From a virus (lineage: Duplodnaviria > Caudoviricetes): a DNA stretch of 64,000 nt. Location: the IMG/VR virus record IMGVR_UViG_3300000101_000005. The stretch is one strand, 5' to 3'. The translations under genes were made by a program, and so were the position numbers. Positions 9,877 through 21,400 of the stretch are shown in pieces (position 1 is the first letter of the stretch; the number at the start of each line of letters is the position of its first letter). Below the pieces are notes generated by a model that was not told the DNA's origin, searched no databases, and was given only the letters and a program-made list of their open reading frames with translations.

Positions 9877-11403
9877 CTAGTGGAATTGGCTATAATATTC
9901 CAGAGATGTTGGAAACGCATCTGTAATTTGTTGCTTTTCTTTGTTATTATTATCAATGATTTGCTGTAAATCTTTAACTCTATTATCAAACTCTACGTTC
10001 CAAAAATGCATATTACTATGTTTAAAGCTAGTATATGGGTTTATTTTATGCCCTGCTAACATGTAAATGTTAGCGCCTAATGTGTTAAATGATAGTTTTT
10101 CTTCTACGTTAAAGAATTGAGACCCTCGTAGTTCGTAAATTTCTTTTAGTAGTGGGCTATTGTTAAAGTCTTGTTGTTGTATATCTCGCCAATATTGGGT
10201 GTCGTCTCGGTTAGTCATAGCATAGTGCAACGTAATAAAATCTGCAAAGTATAAAAACTGTTCACGACACGTATGATTAAATGACTGTGCATCAAAGTTG
10301 TTTAATGCATCTTTACCTTCTGCAATGTTTACAAAGTTTAATAAGAATTCATGGACACTCATTAATCCATTAGATTCTAGCGGTTCAATAAATGCGCCAG
10401 CAAGTCCAATACTTATGCAGTTCTTAACCCATAGGCGTTTACTCATACCATTACGCATACGTATGTGCTTAAATTCCATTTCTTCTGCAACTGGGCCTAA
10501 GTAATCTTTAAACTCTTGTAATGCTTCTTCTTTACTAGTATACTTACTAGCATAGTTATATCCAGTACCAATACGTTCCCAAGTTGGTATTTCCCAAACC
10601 CAACCGTATCCTAGTGCGACAGAATTGGTATATAACCGTAATTCTTTTTCTTTATCTTTATAAGGTCTAGCTGCGGCCCAAGCACAATCGGTATAAGTTT
10701 TATTATTAAACTCCCCCCAAGGTTCTTCTAGTACACCTTCGATTAATGCACGTTTAAACCCTGTACAGTCAAAAAATAAATCTCCAGTAATTGTTCCGTT
10801 ATCTGTATCTAAACTTGTAATATAGCCGTTTTCGTCAGTTTGTGCGCCATTAACATCTGTGACTACATGTACTACACCTTTTGGCAAACAATATTCATCA
10901 CGCAAATATGCATAAAATTTATGTGTATCAAAGTGCCATGCTGCGTCTTTTTGTAATGACCAAATACCATCACCAAACATAGTAACCGGAACTTTATTTG
11001 AATCTAAACATTGTGAGATAGGAGACATATCGTTAACTAAATCTTCAAAAGGTACTTTAGTAAGATATTGATGTTGAAACCATTCTGCTACATTAAAGAA
11101 TCTCTGATCTAATCTACCAAATGGATAATGAAATCCTACTTTATCGTTTTTGTGAAAGTTTTCAAATCGGATACTTAGCTTGTTAATAGCATTACATTTT
11201 TTGATAAAATCAATATCAGGTATTCCTAAATACTCTTGCCATCTACGCATAAGTTGCGTAGTACTTTCGCCAACTCCTATTACAGGCTTTGTTGGTGATT
11301 CAACTATTGTAATGTTTTTGTTAGGAAATGCTTTTACCATAGTGGCGGCCGTCATCCAACCTGCACTTCCGCCTCCCACAACTACAATATTCTTAAATTC
11401 CAC
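9877..11403 (-). CDS. Tryptophan-halogenase-like flavin-dependent enzyme
   Basis: VVGGGSAGW, IGVGEST, AINKLSIRF, AWHFD, DLFFDCTGF, GWVWEIP, AFIEPLESNG; GTG start after SD AAAGGA. Confidence 0.92.
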   Translation of the reverse strand: MEFKNIVVVGGGSAGWMTAATMVKAFPNKNITIVESPTKPVIGVGESTTQLMRRWQEYLGIPDIDFIKKCNAINKLSIRFENFHKNDKVGFHYPFGRLDQRFFNVAEWFQHQYLTKVPFEDLVNDMSPISQCLDSNKVPVTMFGDGIWSLQKDAAWHFDTHKFYAYLRDEYCLPKGVVHVVTDVNGAQTDENGYITSLDTDNGTITGDLFFDCTGFKRALIEGVLEEPWGEFNNKTYTDCAWAAARPYKDKEKELRLYTNSVALGYGWVWEIPTWERIGTGYNYASKYTSKEEALQEFKDYLGPVAEEMEFKHIRMRNGMSKRLWVKNCISIGLAGAFIEPLESNGLMSVHEFLLNFVNIAEGKDALNNFDAQSFNHTCREQFLYFADFITLHYAMTNRDDTQYWRDIQQQDFNNSPLLKEIYELRGSQFFNVEEKLSFNTLGANIYMLAGHKINPYTSFKHSNMHFWNVEFDNRVKDLQQIIDNNNKEKQQITDAFPTSLEYYSQFH

Positions 11404-11465
11404 TATAAGTCCTTTGATAGATTATATGCTACTATTATTTAGTTGGGTGTGAGAGGTGTAGAAAT

Positions 11466-11490
11466 AAAAAAAGGCTCCGAAGAGCCTTTT
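11466..11490 (-). terminator. Intrinsic terminator with a cUUCGg loop
   Basis: Minus strand reads AAAAGGCTC-TTCG-GAGCCTTTTTTT, just after the 11522-12031 gene. Confidence 0.85.
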
Positions 11491-11521
11491 GATATTTGGA
11501 GTATACTCGCTTACGTTTTTA

Positions 11522-12031
11522 TTACATGCCTGGAATAGGATCGTTAGATTTATCTGTCCAACCATGGTATCTTTTCCAGCACGGCATATCTTCTGTGCTT
11601 GAATTAACTGGTTTGTCATTGCTTGGTTCTGTAGTATTTCTACGTACCATTGCCATTTCTTCAGTAATAGCCTCTGGTTCTTCTGGTGCAGGAATCATTG
11701 ATTTTACTGTAGCAATGTGTGATGCCCACGGTCCTGAAGCAGAAATAGTTCCTGATTCTTGAATTTCGTGGAACAACATATCTAACTGTTCACCCACTTC
11801 GCCATAAGCAACTCTTCGTGCTTCTGAATCTTGTGTGTATGGGCCGTCTCTTTCAACCCAAATCATTTGTTGTTGCTGTGGAGACCATTCTAATGTCCAG
11901 TCTAATTCAATTTCGTCTGGTGCATCGACCCACTGCATTTTTGCATCTGGTCCGTTATAAATTTCGAACTCTTCGCCTGGGTTTCTAATATCCTGTACCC
12001 AGCCTTGAAATCCTATAAGTGCTTTTTTCAT
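11522..12031 (-). CDS. Putative tail-fibre assembly/accessory protein
   Basis: Directly follows three fibre-like genes; acidic and Trp-rich, with RRVAYGEVGEQLDMLFHEI resembling fibre-chaperone C-termini. Function is inferred from position. Confidence 0.5.
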   Translation of the reverse strand: MKKALIGFQGWVQDIRNPGEEFEIYNGPDAKMQWVDAPDEIELDWTLEWSPQQQQMIWVERDGPYTQDSEARRVAYGEVGEQLDMLFHEIQESGTISASGPWASHIATVKSMIPAPEEPEAITEEMAMVRRNTTEPSNDKPVNSSTEDMPCWKRYHGWTDKSNDPIPGM

Positions 12032-12062
12032 GTTTAATATACTCCTATTTGTCTATTATTTA

Positions 12063-12917
12063 TTACTTATATTCCTCAACGACTACTAAGCCCGGTCTTC
12101 CATCTGAACCTCTATGTCCATGGAAGTACCCGCCTGTGCCGCCTGTACCTGGTGCACTGTGTCCCTGGTGATTGTGTGCAAAGTGTCCACCCTGTGGATG
12201 CCCTGCTGGTGCAGCACCTCCAAAGTATGTAGCGCCTCCAGGCCCAGCACTATGGTGATGACAACCGCCGCCACCTTGGTGAAGATTTAAGTTACCACCC
12301 GAACCGTTACCACTAACGCCTCCCGAGTGTTGATTTTGTCTATTGGCTCCATGTCCTGCACTTGCTGACATGTAAGGTCCAAAGCTGGTAGCATTTCCAT
12401 TACCACCTGCACCTGAATAATATGTACCTCCACCACCGCCACCAATAGTAATACCTACACTACTGATACCTGTGACATCCATAATTCTTTCTGAGTAACC
12501 ACCAGCACCACCTGACTCTCCGTGACCACTTGCGCCACCGCCGCCGCCGACTAGTTTAACTCTAATATATCTTACGCCACTTGGTCTGTTCCAAGTACCG
12601 TTACCTGTAAAAACTTGTATACCCGAAAAGCCTTCATTTCTATATTCTAAACCATTACCTGCTGAGTTTGCAGAAAGAATAGTATTATTTCCGCCAACAC
12701 TTGTAAGTCCAGTACCACCTCTACCAACTGGAACTGTACCTGTTACTACTGATGAACCTAAGTTAACAGCAGCATCTGCTAGTTTGTTTGCGTCAACAGC
12801 GCCAGATGCAATATCGTCTGCTGTAACTGTAGTAGCGGCTATCTTTGATCCTGTTAGTGTAGCATCAATAAATGCTTCACCTGTGTACTGTTTTAGTGTT
12901 TGATAGTTAAATGCCAT
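12063..12917 (-). CDS. Gly/His-rich tail-fibre/adhesin-like protein, paralogue 3 of 3
   Basis: MAFNYQTLK start; FTGNGTWNRPSGVRYIRVKLVGGGGG glycine-rich domain; ends GRPGLVVVEEY. Confidence 0.75.
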   Translation of the reverse strand: MAFNYQTLKQYTGEAFIDATLTGSKIAATTVTADDIASGAVDANKLADAAVNLGSSVVTGTVPVGRGGTGLTSVGGNNTILSANSAGNGLEYRNEGFSGIQVFTGNGTWNRPSGVRYIRVKLVGGGGGASGHGESGGAGGYSERIMDVTGISSVGITIGGGGGGTYYSGAGGNGNATSFGPYMSASAGHGANRQNQHSGGVSGNGSGGNLNLHQGGGGCHHHSAGPGGATYFGGAAPAGHPQGGHFAHNHQGHSAPGTGGTGGYFHGHRGSDGRPGLVVVEEYK

Positions 12918-12918
12918 T

Positions 12919-13776
12919 TTAATAAAACTCCGTTACTATGATTAATCCCGGTCTACCGTCGGCGCCTCTATGTCCACTAAAATAACCTGCTGTTCCACCT
13001 GTACCTGGTGAACTATGTCCCTGGTGATTGTGTGCAAAATGCCCACCCTGTGGATGTCCTGATGGACCTGGTCCACCAAAGAAACTTGCTCCTCCCATAC
13101 CTGACGAACGTTCTTCGTGACAACCGCCACCACCGCCGTATATGTTTAAGTCTCCTCCGCTTCCAACTCCTGATAAACCTCCGTTGTGCTGATTATGTCT
13201 GTTTGCTCCGTGGCCTCCAGATGCACTTAGATATGGACCAAAACTTGATCCGCCTGCATTACCAGCAGCACCAGAGTAGTATGTTCCTCCTCCACCGCCT
13301 GCAACACTACAAGTTACTGAGCTAATTCCTGTAACATCTATAATTTTTTCTGAGTAACCACCAGATGCGCCAGCTTCGCCGTGGCCACCGCCACCGCCTC
13401 CTGCTCCTTGTACTTGTACAAGAATATATCTTACGCCAGCTGGTTTAGTCCAGGTACCTGTACTTGTGTAAACACTCATACCTCTGATACCTGTTGGTGC
13501 AAATGTTAAGTTATTATTGCTTGAATTCATTGTTAGTGCTTGATATGAACTACCGACAGCAGTTTGTCCTGTACCACCTTTACTAAATGCCGCTGTACCA
13601 GATACTACACTACCACCTAAATTAACAGCACCTGCTGCCATTTTACCACTAGTAATAGAGCCATTGGCTAGTTTTGCATTTGTGACCGAATCTGTTCCTA
13701 AATCTGCTCCTGTAACAGTAGCACCATCTAAGGAAGTATTGCTTAGTTTTTTAAGTGTTTGATAATTAAATGCCAT
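12919..13776 (-). CDS. Gly/His-rich tail-fibre/adhesin-like protein, paralogue 2 of 3
   Basis: MAFNYQTLK start; YTSTGTWTKPAGVRYILVQVQGAGGGG; same architecture. Confidence 0.75.
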   Translation of the reverse strand: MAFNYQTLKKLSNTSLDGATVTGADLGTDSVTNAKLANGSITSGKMAAGAVNLGGSVVSGTAAFSKGGTGQTAVGSSYQALTMNSSNNNLTFAPTGIRGMSVYTSTGTWTKPAGVRYILVQVQGAGGGGGGHGEAGASGGYSEKIIDVTGISSVTCSVAGGGGGTYYSGAAGNAGGSSFGPYLSASGGHGANRHNQHNGGLSGVGSGGDLNIYGGGGGCHEERSSGMGGASFFGGPGPSGHPQGGHFAHNHQGHSSPGTGGTAGYFSGHRGADGRPGLIIVTEFY

Positions 13777-13791
13777 TCTCTTCCATACTCC

Positions 13792-14643
13792 TTAATAGTA
13801 ATTAGTCACAATAATTAATCCAGGTCTTCCGTCCGAACCTCTGTGTCCGTGGAATGAGCCTCCTGCTCCACCTGTACCTTGTGCTGTGTGATTTTGATGA
13901 TTGTGTGCAAAGTGTCCACCTTGTGGATGATTTCCTGGAGCGCCTCCGCCAAAATATGTATTCGCTGTACTTGCTGCACTACGACTGTGGTGACCGTAAC
14001 CGCCGCCACTGTGTAAATTTAAATTACCACCTGACCCATTACCACTAACACCACCTGAGTGTTGATTCTGTCTATTTGCTCCGTGTCCTGCACTTGCACT
14101 TAAATATGGACCAAAACTTGAAGCATTTCCATTACCACCTGCGCTGGAATAATATGTGCCGCCACCGCCGCCACCAATAGTTACTGATACAGAAGAAATG
14201 CCGGTTACATCGATATACTTTTCAGAATATCCACCTGCGCCGCCACCTTCGCCGTGGCCACTGCCACCGCCTCCAGCACCTTGTACCTGTACTCTAATAT
14301 ATCTTACACCAGTTGGTCTACTCCATGTAGTACTTCCTGTGTAAACGTTCATACTTGCAATACCGTGTTGATCAGTAGTTAGTGCTGATCCGGTACTTCT
14401 TACTGCTCTGTACGCACCACCACCACTATTAATACCTAAACCACCCTGTGCAACTGATAACGCACCAGTTGTTTTAGCACTTCCTAAATTTACAGCACCC
14501 GTAGCCATCTCAGCAGACCCAACTGCTCCGGCAGCTATGTTTCCAGAAGTTACAGTTGTGTTCGCTAAGTCTACTTGTGCTAGACTTCCGTCTACAATTG
14601 CAGCCCCTGTAACTTTCTTTAACGTTTGATAATCAAATGCCAT
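13792..14643 (-). CDS. Gly/His-rich tail-fibre/adhesin-like protein, paralogue 1 of 3
   Basis: MAFDYQTLK start; YTGSTTWSRPTGVRYIRVQVQGAGGGG; same architecture. Confidence 0.75.
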   Translation of the reverse strand: MAFDYQTLKKVTGAAIVDGSLAQVDLANTTVTSGNIAAGAVGSAEMATGAVNLGSAKTTGALSVAQGGLGINSGGGAYRAVRSTGSALTTDQHGIASMNVYTGSTTWSRPTGVRYIRVQVQGAGGGGSGHGEGGGAGGYSEKYIDVTGISSVSVTIGGGGGGTYYSSAGGNGNASSFGPYLSASAGHGANRQNQHSGGVSGNGSGGNLNLHSGGGYGHHSRSAASTANTYFGGGAPGNHPQGGHFAHNHQNHTAQGTGGAGGSFHGHRGSDGRPGLIIVTNYY

Positions 14644-14660
14644 TTTTTTCTATGCTCCTG

Positions 14661-15119
14661 TTAAATTGATGCCACTAACCAACCACTTGCTGCGTCAGTA
14701 TATTCTAATGTAAACGATGCACCATTAGTACTTACAGTCATATTATCAGAAGCTCTCATAATTTTTAAACCATTAGCACCAACTGTTAGGTTATTACTAC
14801 CAAATGTTCCTGAATAATCTTGGAACTTGATTGTATCACCTTCTACTGGTGAACCCGGTAATGTTACCGTAACTGGTCCGCCTGCACTGTTAACAATATA
14901 GAATGTATTTGAAACAGCTGATGTTGATGACGTAATTACTACTCTTGGTAGCTCTCCTACTACGTGCCATTGTACCGCGTTATGGTTATAAATTTCTAAA
15001 ATATTTTTAGAAGTATTATAATACAAAACTCCAGAGTTAGCACTAGCGGGGCGTTGAGCAGTAGTACCAGACAGTATAGGTGGCTGATCGTTAATTCCTT
15101 GTCCTACTATTCTTCCCAT
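14661..15119 (-). CDS. Tail-fibre-related virion protein
   Basis: GTTAQRP..GVLYYNT module plus VNSAGGPVTVTLPGSPVEGDTIKFQD...TLEYTDAASGW, a domain typical of T4-like long-fibre proteins. Confidence 0.65.
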   Translation of the reverse strand: MGRIVGQGINDQPPILSGTTAQRPASANSGVLYYNTSKNILEIYNHNAVQWHVVGELPRVVITSSTSAVSNTFYIVNSAGGPVTVTLPGSPVEGDTIKFQDYSGTFGSNNLTVGANGLKIMRASDNMTVSTNGASFTLEYTDAASGWLVASI

Positions 15120-15129
15120 AATGTTCTCC

Positions 15130-15450
15130 TTAGACCGTTGATGTTTCTATACCTAAACACACAGCTGATACGTTAATTGCGTTTGATCTAACAACAACGA
15201 CCTTAGATGCGTCAAGTACTATACCAGTTCTTTCTAACACACCATTTGCAGATACTTGCGAGTCATACTCTAAATAATCTGCGTCTGCTGGTGTTCCAGA
15301 AGAACTAACTGCGATTCTCACCTGTGCAGCACTTGCTGACCTATTACAGATATTTACCGTTACTACGCTAAAGTTATCTGCTGGTACTGTGTATAGGGTA
15401 GTGTCAGTAGCCGCTGCAAGGTCTGCTGTCCCCAATATTCCTGTTGCCAT
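15130..15450 (-). CDS. Small beta-rich virion protein
   Basis: TLYTVP..VVTVNICN..LEYD..GIVL pattern shared with 29346-29678 and 32785-33162. Confidence 0.55.
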   Translation of the reverse strand: MATGILGTADLAAATDTTLYTVPADNFSVVTVNICNRSASAAQVRIAVSSSGTPADADYLEYDSQVSANGVLERTGIVLDASKVVVVRSNAINVSAVCLGIETSTV

Positions 15451-15478
15451 TATATTTTTCTCCGTTTATAATTTATTT

Positions 15479-18400
15479 CTAGTTTAAGAAGTACTGCCAA
15501 GCTATTGGAAGTCCTCTAACTCCACCTTTGAAATTTAAGTTAGCATTAACTTTAATTGCCGCTTGTGTAGTTGTTGTTATTTGTGTTCCAGCAATATAAA
15601 TTGCACCTGCTGTAACACTATTTACGTTAAGTGATGCACCACCGCCACCAATTTGTGAACTGATGTAAGCCTTAATAGCTCTTTGTGTTGGTACAACACT
15701 GTCACTATCTGCTGTGAAGAATGGGTCTGTACTAAATTCTTCAATTGAAGCAGATCCTCCACCTAGCGTAACTTCACCAAGTGATAGTTCTTGTAGTCCT
15801 GCAATGTTAAATGCATCAGCATTCAATGTTGCAACACCAGTTGACTGTTCAACACTAAACAATCCACCAACTCTAAAGTTACCATCTTGGTCAGTAGCAG
15901 TGTAGAACACTCTACCACCGTTACGTTCTCTAGTTTCTTGAGCTTGTATTGGATCTTGTGTTGGAAGTCCTGGATAATTGGTTTCAGTAAAGTTACCTGT
16001 ACCAATATCTAGGAAGTCATGTCCTGTTAAACGTACCTGCGAGTACTTAATTCTAGTTGTTACACTAGTACCATGTGCAGGAACATTAATAATTTTCATA
16101 TTCGGTGATACTTGTAAGAAACATGTATAAGCACCTGGGTTTGTACCTAGTTGTGTTATAATGTTAACAAGTTTAAACGTGTCATTTGGTAAATGTCCAA
16201 ACACAACATTTGATCCTGTTACCGGAATATTTGTAAGTTGTCTAACAGCAATGAACGAACCACTTTGGAAGAAGTCTGCATGACCATCACCACCTGTTAA
16301 GTCAGCGGAAGCTGAAACATATCCAGTTCCTCTGCTAAGGAATGTTGGGTTTGCTAACACACCGTTACCAATTCTAACTAAAAACGGTACTGCGTAAATT
16401 TCACTTGGGTCAGTAATAGTTAGTGTTGGAACACTATCATATCCTGCACCTGGTTCAATAATTCTAATCGAAAAGATCTTGTTCTGTGCAACAAACGTTC
16501 TAGCTTTTGCTGTAACACCCAGTCTTGATCTTGAAGCAATTGCTCCTGATACAACTGGAATTGTTACCCAATAACCTTTTTTACCTGATACACCATGTCC
16601 ACATGCCATGTAACCTTCACCTACTTGGTCTCCAGTTACACCTTCTAGTGATTTCCATGTCCAGTTAAATCCGTCTTGCGATGTAGCAACATCATTAAAG
16701 CCGTCTAATCCGTCTAAGTATGCTGTAGCAACAAACTGTCCTTGTCCGTATTCAACTTTTTGCAATCCTGAAACTGCTGTTGAGTCCGGAGCACCCATTG
16801 GCATCGCTACCCATGTTGCGCCATCTAATGACATAGCACCAGTGTTGTTATCACTTGCTACTGCAACAAAGTGTCCATTACCCCATGCAACATCTGTCCA
16901 TGCTCTTGAAGCCGGAAGTGCCGCTGCTGTCCAAGTTATTGCATCTGTTGAGTATTCAACAACTGTTGAGCTTGGTTTAATTGCAACAAACAATCCTTTA
17001 CCGTATTCAATTCTTGTATGTCCAGTGTTGTTAAGTGTTCCTGTAAGATCCCAAACAACTCCATCTAGTGAAATAGCAACTGTAGCTGATCCTGCTTGTA
17101 CTGCAACAAACTTGCCTTCACCGTATGTAACATCAGTCCATGTTCCGCTTGATGGCATAGTAGAAGTTACCCATGTAACACCGTCATCGGAGTATGCTGC
17201 TGTTGCACTACCTGTTGCTACTGCAACGTATCTACTTTGTAATGCTACAGTTGATCCATCGTCGATCAATCCGTGTGCTATAGATGTCCAGTTAGCATTT
17301 GGCATAACGTTTGCTGTCCAAGTTTTACCATCGGTACTGTAAGCACCTGCTGCTGCACTTGATTTAACAGCTACCCATGCACCTTCTTGTGCTGAACCTT
17401 CTGTTTCAATTTCTAAAATTACACCGTTAGTGTCTACTGATACAACTGTTACTGTAATATCATGTGTAGTTGCTGCGCCTCCAACATTATTACCAGCAAT
17501 AGTAAATGTATTGTAACGTGTATATCCTGTTCCGCCACTTACGATTGTTGTAATGTATTTTCCACCGTTTTTAATAACTTGGAAACTAGCACCTGAACCG
17601 CCACTGTTATTGTATGTTGAGCTTGGTAGGTAAACTCCTGTTCTTGCACCCCATAATACATCTTGCCATGCACCACTTGTAGGAAGTGTTACACCTTCTG
17701 AACTATCAGTTGGAGCACTAAATACCGCTCTTGGTTCAACTGTATATGTTGATGAAGCATCTGGTGCAACAATTGTTGTACCTGCCACAATGTGATCAAA
17801 TCCTGATGCACCTGTTGACTCTTTAGTAACTGCTGCAATTTTAGTACCACTGTTATATGATGAAATAATACCATATTGTCCAACTCCAGCACCGCCTGTA
17901 ACGTTAACTCTCATACCAACGTATGCTGAGCTAATCTCTGCGTCTGTTGCAGCAAGTGTAATACTTGTTGATGTACCTGCCTGACAAGTGTTTGAGTTAG
18001 TAATGTAACCAAATCCACCAAAGTTACCGTCTGCTTCTGGAGCATTAGTACTATCGTCTACATTATCTTGTAGGAATACTTCGTGTACACCACCGTCTCT
18101 ATACTCATCTGTCTCTGCTGTTGCGCCTGTACCAGCACCTGAAATCAACCAAGTTGCGTTAGTATATTCGTTACCAGCATTAGTAAATTCAAATGCGTAA
18201 ACTTGTTGTGCATTATCAGTTTGTACACTACCAACTGTAGCTTCAAACTGGAATTTGTTATCAACAATAGCAGTGTTTGGAGTTTCAGTTGAATCAAATC
18301 CTTCTGCTACTGAACCAAAGTCACCATATGAGTTGTTACCGTTTGTACCTCTAATTCTACCACCGTTTTCTGACAAGTAACCTACGTGTGAGTAATATGA

Positions 18401-21400
18401 GAACACTGATACAAGCTCTGCTCTACCATTGTTTGTTACCCAAGCACCGATACCGTCGGATATAACCTGTGTAAAGTCGTTACTAACAATCGAATCGTTA
18501 CCACCATTGTGTAGTGCGCCATCAATCTTTTGACCAATTGCACCAGTACCAAGTGTTGTTACGTTTTGTACGTATGGTGAACGTTCAATAATCCATGTTG
18601 AGAAATCATCTGGACCATATCCTGGATCAAGTGATACATAAGCACCACCCGAAACTCTTGAAGTTCCTAATGCATTTGGAGCAAGTAAGTCACCTGCCAT
18701 GTTTGCAAGAGTTTGGTTTCTAACACCAGTAGCGTTTCTTACATAATAGAAGTCTTCGCCATCTCTTGTACCATGTACTGCGTTACCGTAGTATCTTGCA
18801 GCCTGTAATGATTTGTAGTTACCATGGTATTGGAAGTCATACTTGAGTGCGTCAAGTATTCTATTCATATCTCTTTCACATTTTGCACTGTTGTAGTCAA
18901 GCATAACAGTCATTGAGCCAGACGCATCATCTATTGACATCGCAGTAGAAGTGTTTCTAGTTTTTGCAACTGTAAACTTAGTACCTGAAATAATTTTGTT
19001 TACGTAGTAAGTTGTTCCTACTTCAAAACCATTTCCGCCAGCAACTGCTGGAGCACTTAATATTGTTCCGCTAACTTTAATTGCTGTACCAATTCTTAAC
19101 CAACTAGTATCGCTAATTGTTAAAGAATCATCTGATGCTGCTGTTGCTGTACAAGTATCTTTATATGTGTCTTGTACCCATGCTGTAGATTCAGCAACAA
19201 TAAAGTTTCTATTTCTTTCAATTTGTAAAATAGCATAGTGTGCATTTCTTACTTCAGTAACACAAGGTGATCCTTCGTTTGAACCACTGTACACAACATC
19301 GTCTAAGTCTTTCATTAATGTATTAATACGTGCAATCGCTGTAGCGTCTCCGCCAACATTTGCAATTGCTTGTGTTCTTACATATTCAAAAGCACTTCTT
19401 GTAGTTGCTTTTTGATCTAAGTCGTAAACATCTTTTGCTGTTGCTCTCAAGTATGAAAGTGCAGCTCTCATTGTTTGTTCGTTACTGTTTGTAGCAAGGT
19501 CAAACATAACTGCTTCCATGATCAATCTTGTATCACGTAAACATTTAGTTTGGTTGTATAATACTTTTGCTGTAGTGCCATCTGTTTTAGTAGCACTTGG
19601 ATATACAACATCTGCTCCGCTTGGAGAGTTACAACTAAACACAATATTTGCTAGTGTGTAAGTATCTTCAATTGCTAAACCGTGTGCTGCGTCTACAGTA
19701 ATATCCATTACACCTGTGCTGTTATTATATGTAACTGCTGTAATGTTTAATACAGTTCCGTTAGCTTTAGTAACAATACCACCACTTACATATGTGTGTG
19801 CATATACACTTGTTCCAACATAAGTTTCAATTCTAGTTGTGCTAGGAACATCCTGTACTCTAAAATCAGTGTGATAATTAGTTGGATTTAAGTGATTGAT
19901 AACTCCCGTTACAACGGTCTCTTGCGCTGCATCTAAGGTCTCTACAGCGGTGATCAATGCTGAAGTACTAGTTACACTGTTCGTTAACTCTGGATAGTTA
20001 AATGCGTTTGCTACAACAGTTAAACTTGAACCGTCAGTAACTGTTTGTGTACTACCGCCAAATGTTGCAGACAATGTAAATGTGTTTGCATCTGGTGCAG
20101 TTTTAATCCAATATCTTCTAGTTTTGTATAATGCACCACTACCTGTACCATATGTAGTTCTCATCACAATTGCATCACCAGCTTGTAATCCGTGGTTAGC
20201 AGATGTAAGTGTGTTACTTGATGCTGCTGTAATTGTAATGTTTGGTTGATCGTTAATATCTGCAATTACTGCTGTAATAATATCAATTGATGTACCAATA
20301 AATGTTGAAGCTGCTGCACTACCTGCTGTACCTCTTGTTTGTGGTACAACACTTTGTAATGCTGTAACAGTAGTGTTAGTTGCAACATCTTGCATTATTG
20401 CTTTTAATTTATTGTATGCCGCAATAGTTGCTGCTGTTTCTGTGCTGTCAATTTGAGAAATAGTACCTTCCCAGTATGCCATAGCAGCAATTCTTGATTG
20501 GCTCTTACCACCATATGTTAAGTCGTAACAAATAGAGTCAACAATGTAACCTACATCTTGACGACATTTCATTTTACTGTATTTTACAGTAGGATAGTTA
20601 GCAGCGATAAATGCAATTAATTCTTCTTTAAAGAATTGTTTGTTTTCTCTAATTCTAGCTCTTGCATCTCCGTAACCATTTAAAAATGCAGCGTTGTATC
20701 CTGTAGGATCAGCACTGTTTCTTAATTCAAATTCACCAACTCTAAAGTCGATGTTTTTTTGCATTGTTCTAATTAAACGTTCAACATGTGTTTCTTCTAC
20801 TGTGTCAGCAAAAGGAACAGCAATGTCTTGTGCAAAAGCGTTAGTTGAAGTCTTAGTTACACTTGCACCTTTAATAATATCACCAACAACACCTTCTAAA
20901 CGTCCTAACGCAGCAATTGTATATTTTGCATCAGTCATATTTGTAATTGGTCCTGCAGGTCCAACGTTTGTGGATCTAACTTCTTCACCAAGCACAACAG
21001 TATTTTCTGGAACAATGATTGGTCCAATTTCTCTATACTGTCCTGTTTTAATTTTAATTGTGTTCTGTGGAGAATATCTTGCAGGAATATTAGTTGCATT
21101 GCCAGCAGCAATTGCATCTGTAATAATTTTTAAACCTGCTGCAAGTACAGTACCTGAAGTTGGTTCTGCAATCAATGTTGAAGATTTAAATTGTGAAACA
21201 ACAGCAGTTGAATTATCACCGTTTGTAGTTTGGTAATTAGTTGTTGGATCAGTTTGTGCTAATACATTGTTAACTAGTGTTAGCATATATGCATATGCTG
21301 CTGCTGAGTTTGCTGCTTCTGTTGTTAAGTTTGAGTATGGACCTGTATTGTAAGGTGCTTCGTATAAAGCTCCAACAAATGCATTTGCAGCACCTCTTGA

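Noticed and set aside
12063-14643. Diversity-generating retroelement or recent gene conversion among the three fibre paralogues
   Set aside because: There is no reverse transcriptase in the window, and differences are spread over synonymous sites rather than being adenine-specific.
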